A stretch of 63,658 nt of DNA, filler included, from Choristocarpus tenellus KU-1152 (Eukaryota > Protista > Phaeophyceae), in assembly GCA_964200185.2 (NCBI GenBank). It is 12 parts of 12 records of this genome, joined end to end, with 100 filler letters (N's around TTAATTAATTAA, not from the genome) between each part and the next. Parts side by side here need not be neighbours in the genome. Positions count along the whole stretch, not along the records: positions 36,499 to 40,615 come from CAXNAD020016128.1; positions 40,716 to 44,572 come from CAXNAD020017536.1; positions 44,673 to 48,501 come from CAXNAD020017694.1; positions 48,602 to 53,166 come from CAXNAD020013990.1; 8 more parts are not named here. One strand, given 5' to 3'. Shown here piece by piece: positions 39,580-52,222 of this stretch. Position 1 is the first letter of the stretch. Each line of letters begins with the position of its first letter. The notes beneath the pieces are model-generated. The model saw nothing but the letters and a program-made list of their open reading frames with translations, was not told the origin of the DNA and searched no databases. The translations under genes and the position numbers were made by a program.

Positions 39580-40250
39580 TCTTGTGATGACATTCCCTAT
39601 TTTTACGTTATTGTTAGACATTTTTGCCTGTATATTTGAGACATTATATTTGTGTATGTATTTGTTTGTGTATATAATTGTGAAGGGGGAGAGTCTTTCT
39701 ATGACTCCACCCTATTTCAACGTTATTATGGTTGTGTGTCTGTGTTCATTTATGTTGATAGTTGTGAAGGGGGAGAGTCTTGCTATGACACTCCCTATTT
39801 CAATGTTGTTGTGAGAGACATTGTCTTGATTTGTTTTGTGCTCACAGTTCCTAGGGAGGATAAGCCTTTCTATTTCAGCACTTTGATTCTTTTTGTGACT
39901 GTGAGACAATTATCTCGGTGTCCTGTTGTTGTCTGTGTTCATAGTTCCGAAGGGGGAGAGTCTATGGCAGTACTCTGTTTCAGTGTTATTCTGATTTGGT
40001 GTCTGTATTCATTTGTGTTCGATGGTTTTGAAGAGGTGGGATCTTTCTATGACAGCACCTAACTATTTTTATTATTGTGAAACATTTTGTCTGTATTTGT
40101 TTGTATGTTCCTAGTTCTTAAGGATGGCGAGACTTCTATGGCAGCACCCTACTTCTCTGTGACTATGATACTTTATTTTTGCGTCTGCATTTGTTTATGT
40201 TTGATGGTTTCGAAAGGGGGAGAGTTCTCTGAAGGTAGTACCCTAGTTTG
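39580..40250. repeat. Degenerate ~88-bp tandem satellite, 7-8 units
   Basis: gaagggggagagt.t.ctatgac...ccctatttc recurs near 39682, 39766, 39852, 39949, 40030, 40119 and 40212. Confidence 0.85.
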
Positions 40251-40315
40251 ATGCCGCGCGTGTGAGATTCTGGTCAGCTAAGCTTTCTCTCTCATCTGAA
40301 GAGCTATGTTATGAC

Positions 40316-40615
40316 TGTTACAGGCGCCCCTCAAAGCTCACCTCCACAGGATGTACAAGTCAAATCCAATTCACAGACCAACGCACGTCAGCTCAGCAGA
40401 ACAGTAGTACTCTCAGGTGAATCAAGTAGCACAAGAAAAGTGTGTAAAAGTGGTATCAGTTAAGGGAGAACTGAATAGGTGGGGCTCTCTAGGCCAGAAG
40501 AACTGAGTCGTTTGTAGCCGTTTTTAGGATCTCTTATCATCATTTACCGTTGGGGCTTCTCTGGCTTACAAACATTGGAATATATTTGAGAACCTTTGCG
40601 ACCTTTCCATCCGGG
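40316..40615 (+). mobile_element. LTR copy, 5' part, cut by contig end
   Basis: TGTTACAGGCGCCCC..AAGCTCACCTCCACAGGATGTA, as at 39091. Confidence 0.8.
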
Positions 40616-41762
40616 NNNNNNNNNNNNNNNNNNNNNNNNNNNNNNNNNNNNNNNNNNNNTTAATTAATTAANNNNNNNNNNNNNNNNNNNNNNNNNNNNN
40701 NNNNNNNNNNNNNNNACTTTTTATATGGCCAGGATGGTTTAGTGCAGGGCATGATGATATGAGTGAAAAAAGAGGGGGGGTGCGCAGGGGGAAAGAGGAG
40801 GGAAAGCCCTGCCAATTAATATCCACTGTGCTCCTACAGCCCCAGCTGAAAATAACCAGTGGGGGTGGTGTGCCTGTGGGGGCTGTGATGGGGGAAAAAG
40901 AGAGGAAGAACGTCTGCCACTAAGCAGCCACAGTGCTTGAGCAACAGGGCGGGGAAGGGAACAGTGGGGGTTGTGTGATATGTACTTGAGGGAAAAGAGG
41001 AAAAGCTCTGCCACCTACACGCCACATGGATGGGGTGGGGTATGCCAGAGGGGGGTATGTGCTTGCCTGTGCAAGAATTAATTGATGATTGAGCTAGAAG
41101 AACGTACCATGGAGTACATGTCAGACTGGAGGATCTGTGGTTAACTTTGAACGTGAAATAATGGCAAATAGAGAATTCTTTTTTTGTGATGATAGAGACA
41201 TCACAGGCCAAGGCCCAGCCAGACAGCATAAAAAACAATATTCTGAGTCAGTCATCCCATTAGTGATATCCAACAATGATTGGTTAGAGTACAGGTGAAA
41301 GGGAAGGGGTGTGTGTGTCTGATGGTGGTTACAGGTATCTACCACCACGTGTATATAGTGATACAGCTACATACTGTGGAGAACATTTCAAAAATGTGCC
41401 CCATCAGGGATATTGGGGTTCCAAGAAGGAGGGAGATGGTTCAGTGTGGCATCTCCTCGAACGGCACACAACTAGATTCCTGTATAGTACAAGGGGCTCC
41501 TACGATGATATTTTAAGTCGACCACTACCTCTATTGCTGTTGGTTGTGTTGGTGTTGTCATTGATCTATCAAGCCATAAACATAAATACTCCTAGAAATA
41601 TTAGTAGTATTACAAATACGGTTAACATTACAATTTTGGTGTTGGTCGCGGCGCGACAGACTTCCATGTGTCGCGTGTTCCTCGCGCATGATGCTATCTA
41701 TCTATTCTGCCCTCTCCACTCTCTTCTTCACCCACACCTTGGATCACAGCAACAAAGTTGTC

Positions 41763-42932
41763 ATGTCTGCCTTTGAAGGTGATGCAAAGCCTTCAGGGAC
41801 ATCCCTGGTTGGACGAGAGATCGTAAGTGCGGTGAATACTCCTGAGCTATTAGAGGAGCATCGAAAGAGGACAGGTGGAAAGGTGTGCAGTATGTGTGGT
41901 GTGTGGGTCCGAGACGTCGAGAGACAATTATTGGATACTGTTCTTGTACTCTCATAGAAATTTAGTCATAGCTTGTGCGCACCTAAGGTGAGGAGTTTGC
42001 TAGGTCGTGTTGAAGCAGTTGGAATGCACGCATGTCGTATTAATTGCTTTCCTAGACGCTGGTTTGGTACATCCCAGAAAATGGGACAAATGGAGAGGGA
42101 TGCTATGGCAAGATGGCAATGACCAGCAAAAATACCAGGGCTTCGTGAAGTGGCATCGGTATTGCCCTTGCAAAATTTCCTCTCATGTGCTAGAGAACTG
42201 CAAGCTAGGGCGTATTGCCAAGCCTCTGACGACTAGAAGGGAGCTGTGAAATACAATGAAGGTCTTTCAGGACGATGCCTATTGCCTATCATTCCGACCA
42301 TGCTCTCACACTTGATACTTTCCCGAGTACCATATGACGCGAGAAAAGTGGGGTGCCTCCAAATCGAACGATTTATCTGAGGAACCCCCTAACACATTAT
42401 AAACTTCGCTGGTTTGTGACAGGTGCGGACAAGGTTTCCCCCAGAGCCCAATGGCTATCTGCACATCGGACATGCCAAATCGATGCATATGAACTTCCGG
42501 TTGGCGTTCGAGAAGGAAAACATCCCCGAGCACCTTAGAGAAACTGTGTTTCGTTACGGTGAGGAGAGAATTCACGTTTGGGGACAGCTCCCCAATATTG
42601 TGCGTGAGACCTACCAAGATCATGACTCACGCCTCTAGTAGCATGTTTACAAATGAACATGGTCGTACTTCTTCTCTTGTGGGTGCGACATGGTATTGGT
42701 AGACCCTTCGCAGTCAACACGAGGGTTTCTGTTGATCCCATGTGTGAAGGGTTTCGCAAACTCAGTGTCCCTACAGCCACATCAGTTTTAACCCTGACGT
42801 GCCACTCCTTCAACATTCTCATCTCGCCCATCCTTTTCCCTCCTCCCTCTCCCTGCACATCTTTTCACCCTATCTGGCCTTTTTTTCTCAGATGACACCA
42901 ACCCAGAGGCGGAGAGTCAGGAGTACATTGAG
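41763..42932 (+). CDS. QARS1: Glutaminyl-tRNA synthetase, first three exons (41763-41882, 42423-42558, 42892-42932), 3' part missing
   Basis: Spliced product ...HRKRTGGK|[20 protein letters not shown]...FRYD|[13 protein letters not shown] carries the class I HIGH motif and DDTNP. Splice phases are consistent. Confidence 0.93.
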
Positions 42933-43949
42933 GTAAAATTCATGGAATTTTTGAGTAAAAAAAACTGGGTAGAGGACTCCAGACGTTACTCTTGGAGACA
43001 ATCTTTATTTTCTTAATTTTTTTCTAGTGTTGAAGGTGCTACACTAGCCAGCACTGTTAAGTTGGGGTTTGATCCATTCACTAACCAAGGGGCTGATTTG
43101 TCAATAAATGCACTTTACTGTTTCTGTTGAACTGATGTTTTGTTGCAGAGCAAGGGTTACAGAAGAGCTCTTTGTAGCGGTGCTTGTTTGGCTAATATTT
43201 CAAAGGGTTGAATTCCGCATGAAGAAAAACTTCGAACCGTCAAGGGTATTTATGGTAGGGATTCCTGGAGTCTCTCTGGGGCCTTGCCTTCCCATTTTTG
43301 TGGACTGTATGTTTTAATTTCTGATGGAATACAACCCTCATACCTTCACCAGGAGTTCAATGTTGAAATATTATGCCATGGTGTCTTAGAAGCTTTGCAC
43401 CCACCCCAATGTGTAGTGATGTTAGGGTTAGGGTTTGCATTTTTTTTTATCTCAACGTTTTTGTAAGGTAACAATTCAAGATTATGTGAATGTGTGGAAG
43501 AGTTTTTGTCCTGTTGGTAGACTTGCAAGAGGTGTTACCTGTATTTTGAAAAGTTTCAAGCTGACGAGGTCTCAAGGGCATGGGGACCCCTTTGGTTTTC
43601 TGGCGCCTTCCCTATCCATTGGCAAAGGCTTGGGAGTTCAACTCTGCTCCCAGAATGTGTTCCTATCTCACTTTTGATTATACACTTAACTATGCAGTAT
43701 CATACTCACACGTTTGCCAGATCAGTCTTTGGGCTGGTTGGGGAGCATATATATATATGTATGGTATTATTATTATTATTTTGCTGATGTAGGGAGGGTC
43801 TCACTTATGTTGTATCTCCCAAGGATTTGTGATGTCATTGAATTTTAAGCTGTGTTCTATATACATGAGTAAACTGAAGTGATGAGGTTATCAGGGCAAG
43901 GACTTCCTGGGAGTATTCTGGGACCTGAAGTGGCCATTGGTTGGTGACT

Positions 43950-44560
43950 TATTATTTGTTGTGGACAGAATGCAACTGTAGCAGTGCAAACGTACACCTT
44001 ACCCCTGCCCCCTGCCCCCTGCCCCCCTCCACATACACCATCGCTTTGTTGATATGAAGATATCTGTTATGATTATGCTCATGGGGGGGGAGGAGGGATG
44101 GGGAAACAGCTTTTACTAGAGTGTATTTGGGTCTGACTAGGGAAGGGTACAGGTATAGGGCCGGGAAAACATGTGAGCAATCCAATTCAGGCCTTGTGTC
44201 AGAGGGGGTCTTTATTTCAATCTGCAAGGGTTGAGTCCCCTTAGCTCGGAGAAATGGCTGGGGGTTGAATCGCAGGGAAGTAGGTGTCAAAACAATGAGT
44301 TCTGATTGGTTCACCGGGGGGGGAGGAAGTTGTGTGATTGGTGGGGTGATAACCTGAGGACTATGTTGAGTAGGTTCTAAACCTCTGATTTTGTCAAACA
44401 CTGAGATTCCCCACAGTCCCGCGGATGCAGGCAGTCACATCTGTTTGACAAGGGGTTGATGTTCCGCGTGAAGACAAACCTCAAGCTGATAAGGTCGCAA
44501 AGGGCAGGGTATCCCCGGAGTGTTTTCGGAGCCTTGCCTGCCTGTTGTTGGGGATTTAAT
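43950..44560 (-). pseudogene. Degenerate tyrosine recombinase (DIRS/Ngaro-like)
   Basis: APKTLRGY..AL, IRGLE....PPIT, FLRAK and LVRPKYT occur in the order of YR motifs (A..TI..YL.A; L.G...R.PIT; LR..E; SKTD). Confidence 0.45.
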
Positions 44561-44672
44561 GTTTTAATTTCTNNNNNNNNNNNNNNNNNNNNNNNNNNNN
44601 NNNNNNNNNNNNNNNNTTAATTAATTAANNNNNNNNNNNNNNNNNNNNNNNNNNNNNNNNNNNNNNNNNNNN

Positions 44673-45794
44673 CTCACCACTTTTTCTGTTCTCCTCCCTC
44701 CTGACGTCCAGCCCTCCCTGTACTTGCATATCTCCCTCACTGCTGCCACAAAACAATCGAAATTATTCGGTAGTTCATAGTCTCCCTTATTCGTCCTCCT
44801 CCCCAACTCTCCTTTAGGTATAAACTCCCTTAAGTTGAAGTTAGCCAAGTTCTCCAGTTGCTCCGCCACTGTCTCAGAAATGTCTGCTTTATCGCCGATT
44901 ATTCGTTGAAGTTCGTTCCTTGTCGCCTTGGCGTCGACTGCCTGAATGAACAAGGGAACATAACCGAGGAGAACGAAATATTTCCTCACGTTTACCTTTT
45001 TCCATATTAGGATCAGTGATTTCTCTTTAATTTTTTCAGCCATAGCCGACCACGTTCTTGGTTCTTCATCATTCCATGGTCTCTCCTCTCTTCTCCCGCC
45101 CCTGTTTCCTTCATAGCTGCGTGACATGTTTGCCTGGTGCATCCCTCGCAGGATATCCATCATGCTGTCCATCCTTGCCGTCAGATTAGCTATATCTGTT
45201 GACAATGACTCGAGCTTATTGGACTCGCTCAGTTCTTCTTCTTCGACCTCTTCTCTTTTTTCTTCTCCCTCTCCCGACGTCTCGTTCACTCCCTCGATGC
45301 TTATCTCCAGATTTCTCCTCGCCCTCTCGATCTCTTCTTACATCCTCTGCGTCGAAGATTCTCCTCTCTTCTCCTTATCTTTTGGATGCTGTTGTTCCCC
45401 CCATCCCTCGGCTGTCTTTCTTTCTCTCTCTCCCTTCCCTTCCTCTGTCACCCCTCTGAATCCCTCCCATGATCTCTTGAATGTTTCCATCTCTCCCTCT
45501 CCTCTCTGTGTCATGCTCCCTCACGTTATCTTGGTTTCTCTTTATCTCTGTGTCTCTCTCCCCTGCCGTGTCTCCTTACCCCTCCGGTTTCTTCTCCAAT
45601 TCAATACTGACCATCCCTTCATTCCTCGTGCCTCTGCCTGCTACTCAATTCTTTAACCTCCCAACTGTTCCTTAACTCTTCGTACATTCTTTGTTGATTC
45701 TTCTATTCTTTCTTGTCCCCTTCCTTGCCCCATGCCCCCCAACCAACCAGAATTCTTCCGCCCACAAAACTCAGATTACTTCATAAACTTTCAC
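44673..45794 (-). mobile_element. 5' end of a retroelement: terminal repeat plus gag/ORF1-like coiled-coil ORF interrupted by TAA at 45340-45338
   Basis: E/R-rich open frame with LESLSTDIANLTARMDSM heptads runs to the contig end. The upstream terminus is shared with 12545-12617. Confidence 0.5.
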
Positions 45795-45859
45795 TTCTGA
45801 CCATTCATTCATGACCCTCTGCAACTACCCGAGTTACAGTTTATTCTGTAACTTTTGGG

Positions 45860-45956
45860 CAAATCGGAGTTCCCCCTTTTGGGGTTCCCCACGCGTGTAT
45901 ACTGCTCGCGCCAGTTAAAGTGCGGGAAGAAATACTCGCGCTATTCGCCCGTAACA
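45860..45956 (+). mobile_element. LTR 3' end fragment
   Basis: ttcccc.cgcgt.tatactgctcgcgc...gcgggaagaaatactcgcgctattcgc..taaca matches 39460-39552. Confidence 0.85.
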
Positions 45957-47399
45957 TTGTGTGGTGAGGTTAAAAACACGCCAAAGGTAGACATGGAGGC
46001 TTTTCTGTGGCTGATAGATTTGTGATGGATGGGGAGTACTAAAAATAAAAAGAGTTGACCCTAACCAGAAATTCGTCAAGGATTCCAAATCTCTTGTCAG
46101 AAATGAAATTCATCAACATCCTCAAACGTTATGGACAACGCAGCACAGGCTTATGGCATGGAGATAGCATATATGAGTAGCTTGCCAGAGTAAAGCAACT
46201 TGTAATCTTTGCTTTCAATTTTCTTGGGAACATGGGAATGAAATATACGTATGCGCACATGTGCATGTGTGTATCATGAAGGACCCCCCAAGTATTGTGA
46301 TACTGCACTGTGTCCGATTAGTCACAAACTGTACAGCATGGACGGGGTGGTTCAAGACATCTGCATCAGAGGTAGGAGTGACCAGCACAATCACAGCGCA
46401 GATCGCATGGTCAGTAGGTTTCCAGGGAAAGGAGGCTATGCACGTTCCAATACACCTATCCAGGGAACTCATGGGATTGGGCCAACCTGAAGAGACTTCA
46501 CAACAGGGTATGCCTGTGTGACTTGTATATCTAGTACTTCCGTTACCATCTTAGCAGATGTTGTCAAGGGGGAGGGCAAGAAGCAACGCATAAGCCATGA
46601 ATACAATATGAAACACGAAAATACAATGTGTATCTCTTACAACTAAGCCCTTCCAATACACCACTTCTTGTTATATTTTACGATTTTGAGCCAAAGTAAG
46701 TAAGAGGTTCTCCGGTTTGTCGTCTTGCATTATAAGCCACTTATATTTCATCTTTTCAATTCACTGTTATTTCTATGGATGGAGTGCTAACATTGACTTG
46801 AGAATGTCAATTTCTCTGCGGTCAGAATTTTTTTGAACAGAATTCAGACAAGGTTCTGTACGCATCTGTACAAAGAGCAGAATTTTGCATGTTTGTCAAC
46901 ATCGTTAAGGTGTAATCCTGGGTACCTCTCGTTCACTTCTGCGGATCATTATTACTAGACTGTATTATCTTTCATGTGTGCGTATAAGTTTGAGGGATCC
47001 AAGTCCGTGGTAAAGGGGCAGTTAACCTTACAAGTCATAAGAAGAACAGAGCACAATACTGGAGAAAATGCAACTCAAAACATTGCATAATCAAAAATGT
47101 GTACAGAAGAAGGAAAGTAAGGAGGAAAGCTAAATACGCTAGTACCCAAGAGGGCAGCCAAGAGAAAAATCCTATACAGAGCGCACTAGAACATGCTAGC
47201 TGGGATGGGACATCATCAACCTCATCAACGCAACCAGGTCCTACAGGGAAAAGGAGGAAAAAGGGGGAAAAAATCAACCCAATACGAAAGGGAAAACGAG
47301 AAAAGCCACACTCAGCAGGCAATAATGCTGAGTGCGCACGTGCCATGACCAGATCTACTCGGGCTGCCTTGGCTGCTGCTCCAGTAGAATGAAGTACTT

Positions 47400-48040
47400 C
47401 AGCTAACAAAGCATCTCTGGCATACCCCTCGTCTGCTAAGCTCCTTGTTCCACCAACCAACTGCTCGTACCACCTGTGTTGCTAGGTTGCCACCAATGGT
47501 TTTCCATCCCACATCCATGATCCAACATCTTTCGAGGTCGTCTTGCAGGCACATATTCCCACCAGATAGTTCTTCTCGTTTGTCCACCCGCCTTGCTTTC
47601 ACTTTCCATCGGTGCAAGTTCCCCTAACATCAACGGCTTTGGTAGTTGCTCATCCCCCGTACATGCAGCTGACCCTGCAAACACAAGACCGTTTTCACAC
47701 AGTCGGCTCCATGCTTTGTGTCACCCAGTCTTCACAAGGCCATCTCTTTAAGACAACCGTGTGCGATCGGTGCGTTTCTGTTTTCAAAAACCCATACACA
47801 GTCATAGGACAAATTTGTGATGATGAGATCATAGGTTCACATAGTGGACCTGGGGGAGTGTCCATCGTGTGTCACGCGCCTACATAGGTTGACCTCGAGT
47901 ACTTCAGCCTTGATCATGCGAAATTTACTGAGCTCAAGAGTGATGACGACCCCACCTGTGGTTCTGTCGTAAAGCACTTCACTGTACTTGTGGAAACATG
48001 TTCGTAATTTGTGCCACTGACGTGCTATAGACGCCAGTGG
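47400..48040 (-). pseudogene. Degenerate Ty1/copia integrase-RT junction
   Basis: YDRTTGGVV (Y.P.T..V..S), then GFLKTET...GLVKTG/VTQ/KHGADCVKT (WVFK.K..KARLVA.GF.Q..G.DY.ET) and WWNKEL (WN..L). Confidence 0.55.
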
Positions 48041-48601
48041 TGGATTATGTGTGATCATAGGATAATCGGAAGGTGTACACTGTTTTGTGCATATGAGATT
48101 TATGGCACTGGATTGAGTCCATGTGATGTAACAAATGATACGGTACATCCAGATTGTGTATGAGGTTTGGTATTGCAATTAAATTTTCTGACATAATCGT
48201 TGACTTACGTCTGAGGCACAAATAATAATAAAACAAGCAATAAGAAGACACTCCACAAGGTCACTCTTCTTTTCTAACCATGTGATGGTATTCACAAGAG
48301 GAGGCGGATTCAGTGAGTGAGGATTTGCGGATGGAGTGTCATGCTGTTAGATAACCTGTATGTGAATCTGATGTATGCCATCATATACCAGATAGATGGG
48401 AGATGTATTTCTTCATTGATGTTCTGTGATTAGCATTCAGTTCCTTACCGATACACTGGTTATACAAAGGCTCAAAGTAACTGGGAAGGGAGGGGGGGGG
48501 GNNNNNNNNNNNNNNNNNNNNNNNNNNNNNNNNNNNNNNNNNNNNTTAATTAATTAANNNNNNNNNNNNNNNNNNNNNNNNNNNNNNNNNNNNNNNNNNN
48601 N

Positions 48602-50225
48602 GTGTCATTCCCCTCTCCTCTCACCAAGCCCCCCTCCTCCTCCCCCTCCCCCATCTCCATTCTTCTATCAAGGCAAACAGTCAATGTCTTCTCAGCTGCT
48701 AGGAGACCTTCCAACCTCCAGCACTGATTCACCTCTGACCTTAACCCACCACCTCCCAGGACATCATCCCCGGCCACTGCCCTTACCCCAGAGCTATCAA
48801 CACTGGCTACCGCACCAGCCCCAGGGTCACTACCACCAACCTCAGCCCCACACCTACCAACAGACTTCATCATATTCTTAACATCTCCTGCCGCACTCTC
48901 AAGGGCAACAGCACTCCTGCCTTCTTTCCCATTGTCCACAACTGAAGAGCCTGGGCTGCCCCTCTGATCAGTTGCACCTCCCAATATCCTTGATTGTGCC
49001 CTTCCTCCTCCACCACCAGTAGTGAGCAGGGAACGGTCAACAAGCAAGATTCGAAGCCCACTCGGCCCCACTAAACCAATGATCCCCTTTGCATCAACCA
49101 GGGTTACGGGTGCCAAGGGGCGGTTACAGTTGGCCTCTGCTGCCACCAAATCCTCCTCGCCTGGAGAGGTTTCATGTGGACCACTCTTGGAATCTTCTTG
49201 TGCACCATTGGGGAGGATGGACACACCCTTGGCTGTGTTGTTGACAGCAGTGTTGCTTGCACGCCAGGAGAACAGGATAGTAGCCCCTGTACAAAAAAGA
49301 TAGATAGGCGGGTAGATGAAGGCGGAGTGGTCCAAATACCTTTTGCGAATCTGACTGTTGACTACTAACATACTCCATCAGTTAGATCGTTCAAAAGAAA
49401 GTCTTTAGGGTTGAACACAAGATTCTGGAAGGATTTGGGTTGTATTGATTGTGTTGCAGGCATCATTGTAGATATATAGTATGTCATAGTAAGACTAATA
49501 GTACTAAGTATTCAACTACCTGAAAAGAGTGGATTTACAGAGCTTGGAACATCATATGAAACCAACTGAGTACACATGCAGCGTGGACCCCACACAGCTT
49601 CACTTTCACATGTATTTACAACACAAACAAATACGTAAGCATGATGCATACAACTCAAAAATCAAAGGGAAAATTCAGGGGTGATTTGCACTGAAGAATC
49701 TAGACCTGTGCGGAGTAGAAAAAATAAATATTCCATTTGTGAATTGTCCGATATGTGATGATGATGATGATGATGATGATGACATAACACACTCTAAGGT
49801 CAGTAACTCTCTCCAGAAGGTCATGGAGTGGTTGTTAAATGCTGAGAAAAATGTAATGTGGTTGCGTTCGATTGCACTCCATCCTGCACAAAAACTATCA
49901 CAATCTCACATTCTGGACGATACAGGGGGGCTTACAGAGTGAATCGCATGCCCTCAAAAAATACCGTCACAAGGAATGATTGTCATATTTACTGCAGGAA
50001 AACGATAAGGAAGTTCTGAGTAAATAGTGCATGTTAATACATACATACTAGGAAGCATGAGAAAATCAGCCTTGAACAAGATTTCAAGCATCTTCACACA
50101 CCTGCCTGAACCGCTGCTGCAGCAGCCCCACACACGCCTCCACTGCTATACAGAACCAGTGTTGAGCATCCTCCAAGTCCATGCAATCCTTTTACCAGGA
50201 CAACCTGTACTGAGCCGCTCTCGTC
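48602..50225 (-). CDS. Unknown gene: exon 50225-50102 spliced to exon 49286-48602 (runs off contig). Further probable exon near 50997-50923
   Basis: cag|DESGSVQVVLVKG...AVQA G|gtgtgt joins in phase 1 to tacag|GG ATILFSWRASN. Long open frame. Confidence 0.6.
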
Positions 50226-51559
50226 CTGAGGTATTGAAAATGAAGTAGTAGTGATTACAAAATGTGTGGGAAAATGCCCAGTGTGAGGGGCTAATAAAGG
50301 GAACCTACAAGTAAATGAGAGTTTTTAGCATTATGGTTGCAGTGTTGGTTGCGGTAGCTACATGCAGTATGGCATCGGTAAGATATGATGCAATCGCCCG
50401 ATCGCTAACCCTGAACGTCTACGAGACCCTTATTACTGGACAAAGTTCAATTAATCTGTAGCTGTGCACGGGGCAAGGACTATTTTTCATATCTTGCTGA
50501 TATATACTACCTATGTGAGGGGAAGCAATCTAGGATTTGAAGTTTGCAAGCAACCAGGATTGTCACAATGTATATGTGTGTGTCAATAATGGCCAGGCAG
50601 TGACTGTTTTAACGATGTTGAAATACAAACATACAGCATATCAACACTATTGGTAGTCCATGGAGGGTCTTGCTACAGAAAATCTTCTGGCATAATCATC
50701 ACATGAAGGATCATCAGTTGCAAAAGTTTCAGTGGGCAAAAGTTAATGCGTAAGCCCCCTCCAGGGCGAAGTACAGATAAGCAAGTGTAACCAAGTGCGC
50801 TCTTATTCGGCGCTTTCTCCGGATTGAGGAAGGAAGTCAAGGTATAGGACCACCACAAAAATGTTTTTGTCGCATTGGAGTGTCAAGTGGTGTTATTCAG
50901 GTGACAACGTTCCCCGATCTTACCTCTAACAGCGAAAAGGGGTTGGTGTCACCCTCGATCCCATCTTCCTCGTCCAATCCTCTACTAAAGCTGAATGCCT
51001 TGATACAAATAGAAAGATTGCACAAAACAAGCAGCAGCTGTCAGAATCTCCGATTGCTCGGGCCCTGACTCCAAAGCGGTCTCCATGATCGAAAAACAAA
51101 CAAACGTGATAGAGCACACTCTTCGTCCACTCGAAGATTCAAACCCAAACAGCTCACAGTATGTCAGATTGTATAAGATGTACACTACAGTACGGTAGTA
51201 TGGCATCAAGGCGAGGAGCAGAAGGCAAATACACCTGAAAGCGTATTGAAACCAAGTGCAAAATTTGATGACACATCCACTTCATGTCAAGAAACTGACA
51301 AGACATACGCCAGGTAGCTTCACAAATTGGTCAAACCTGACGTAAGAAGTTCTCCGATCCCTTGATATCACGGACACCGACGAAAGTAGGACCTGCTGCT
51401 ACTATGCCTGAGTCGAACACCATCCCTCATCCAACACAGATTCAGTTTGAACTCGTCTTATATTTCCAACAACAGATATTTTCACATCAATAGAGAGCCA
51501 GTGAACAAGAGGATGAAAATGTCGTGATTGTTTGGTGTGTATAATGTTGTAATACTTAT

Positions 51560-52222
51560 GTTTTAAGGGAGGGTGTCAGTAAGAAAAAAACAAAACAGAA
51601 TATTCCTGGATGACCGACGCCGTAGATAAAAATACTGCGATAAACGTTTGTAAACAGGCCTTGACACCTTCGATTTAATGTTCTTCCTATTCATTACCGA
51701 GCAATGCTCGGTGGGTCTAGCACAATATCTCGAGGGAGGGGGAGGAGTGACAAATTGTGGGATGTGCGAACCCGACATGCGAGAAGCTGACATAATCAGA
51801 GGCAGTACGATTAATTAGTCTTACTGCAACAATTAGTTGACAGAACAACAGTACTACCACGGTAGATAGTATGAGAAGTAGTGCAGCGTGTAGTCCCTCT
51901 CTGATCACTGGTTGAGATAGTCCCTAACTACTCGTCTAAGCAATTAAATTTTAAGGGAGGGTGTCAGTATAGAAAAAAACAGAATATTCCTGGATGACTG
52001 ACGCCGTTGATAAAAATACTCCGAAAAACGTTTGTAAATAGGCCTTGACACCTTCGGTTTAATGTTCTTCCTATTCATTACCGAGCAATGCTTGGTGGGT
52101 CTAGCACAATATCTCGAGGGAGGGGAAAGAGTGACAAATTGTGGGATGTGCGAACCCGACATGCGACAAGCTGGCATAATCAGAGGCAGTACGATTAATT
52201 AGTCTTACTGGAACAATTAGTT
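51560..52222. repeat. Two ~275-bp direct repeats (51560-51838, 51949-52222) separated by ~110 bp
   Basis: Near-identical ttttaagggagggtgtcagta...tagtcttactg.aacaattagtt blocks. Confidence 0.95.

Noticed and set aside
39580-40250. CRISPR-like repeat-spacer array
   Set aside because: The would-be spacers are homologous to each other, so this is a degenerate satellite.
26175-45340. Alternative genetic code (stop-codon reassignment) suggested by in-frame TAA/TGA at 26175, 26500 and 45338
   Set aside because: Both stop types occur, only in decayed or mobile sequence. The intact Mx, QARS and PH exons contain none, and TAA terminates the gene at 17511.
43950-45794. One contiguous DIRS element spanning 44573-44672
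   Set aside because: The two parts are separated by an artificial linker, so adjacency is not evidence.
51697-51720. Helitron 3' end (hairpin plus CTAG)
   Set aside because: The CTAG is followed by C rather than T, sits too close to the hairpin, and is internal to the repeat unit.
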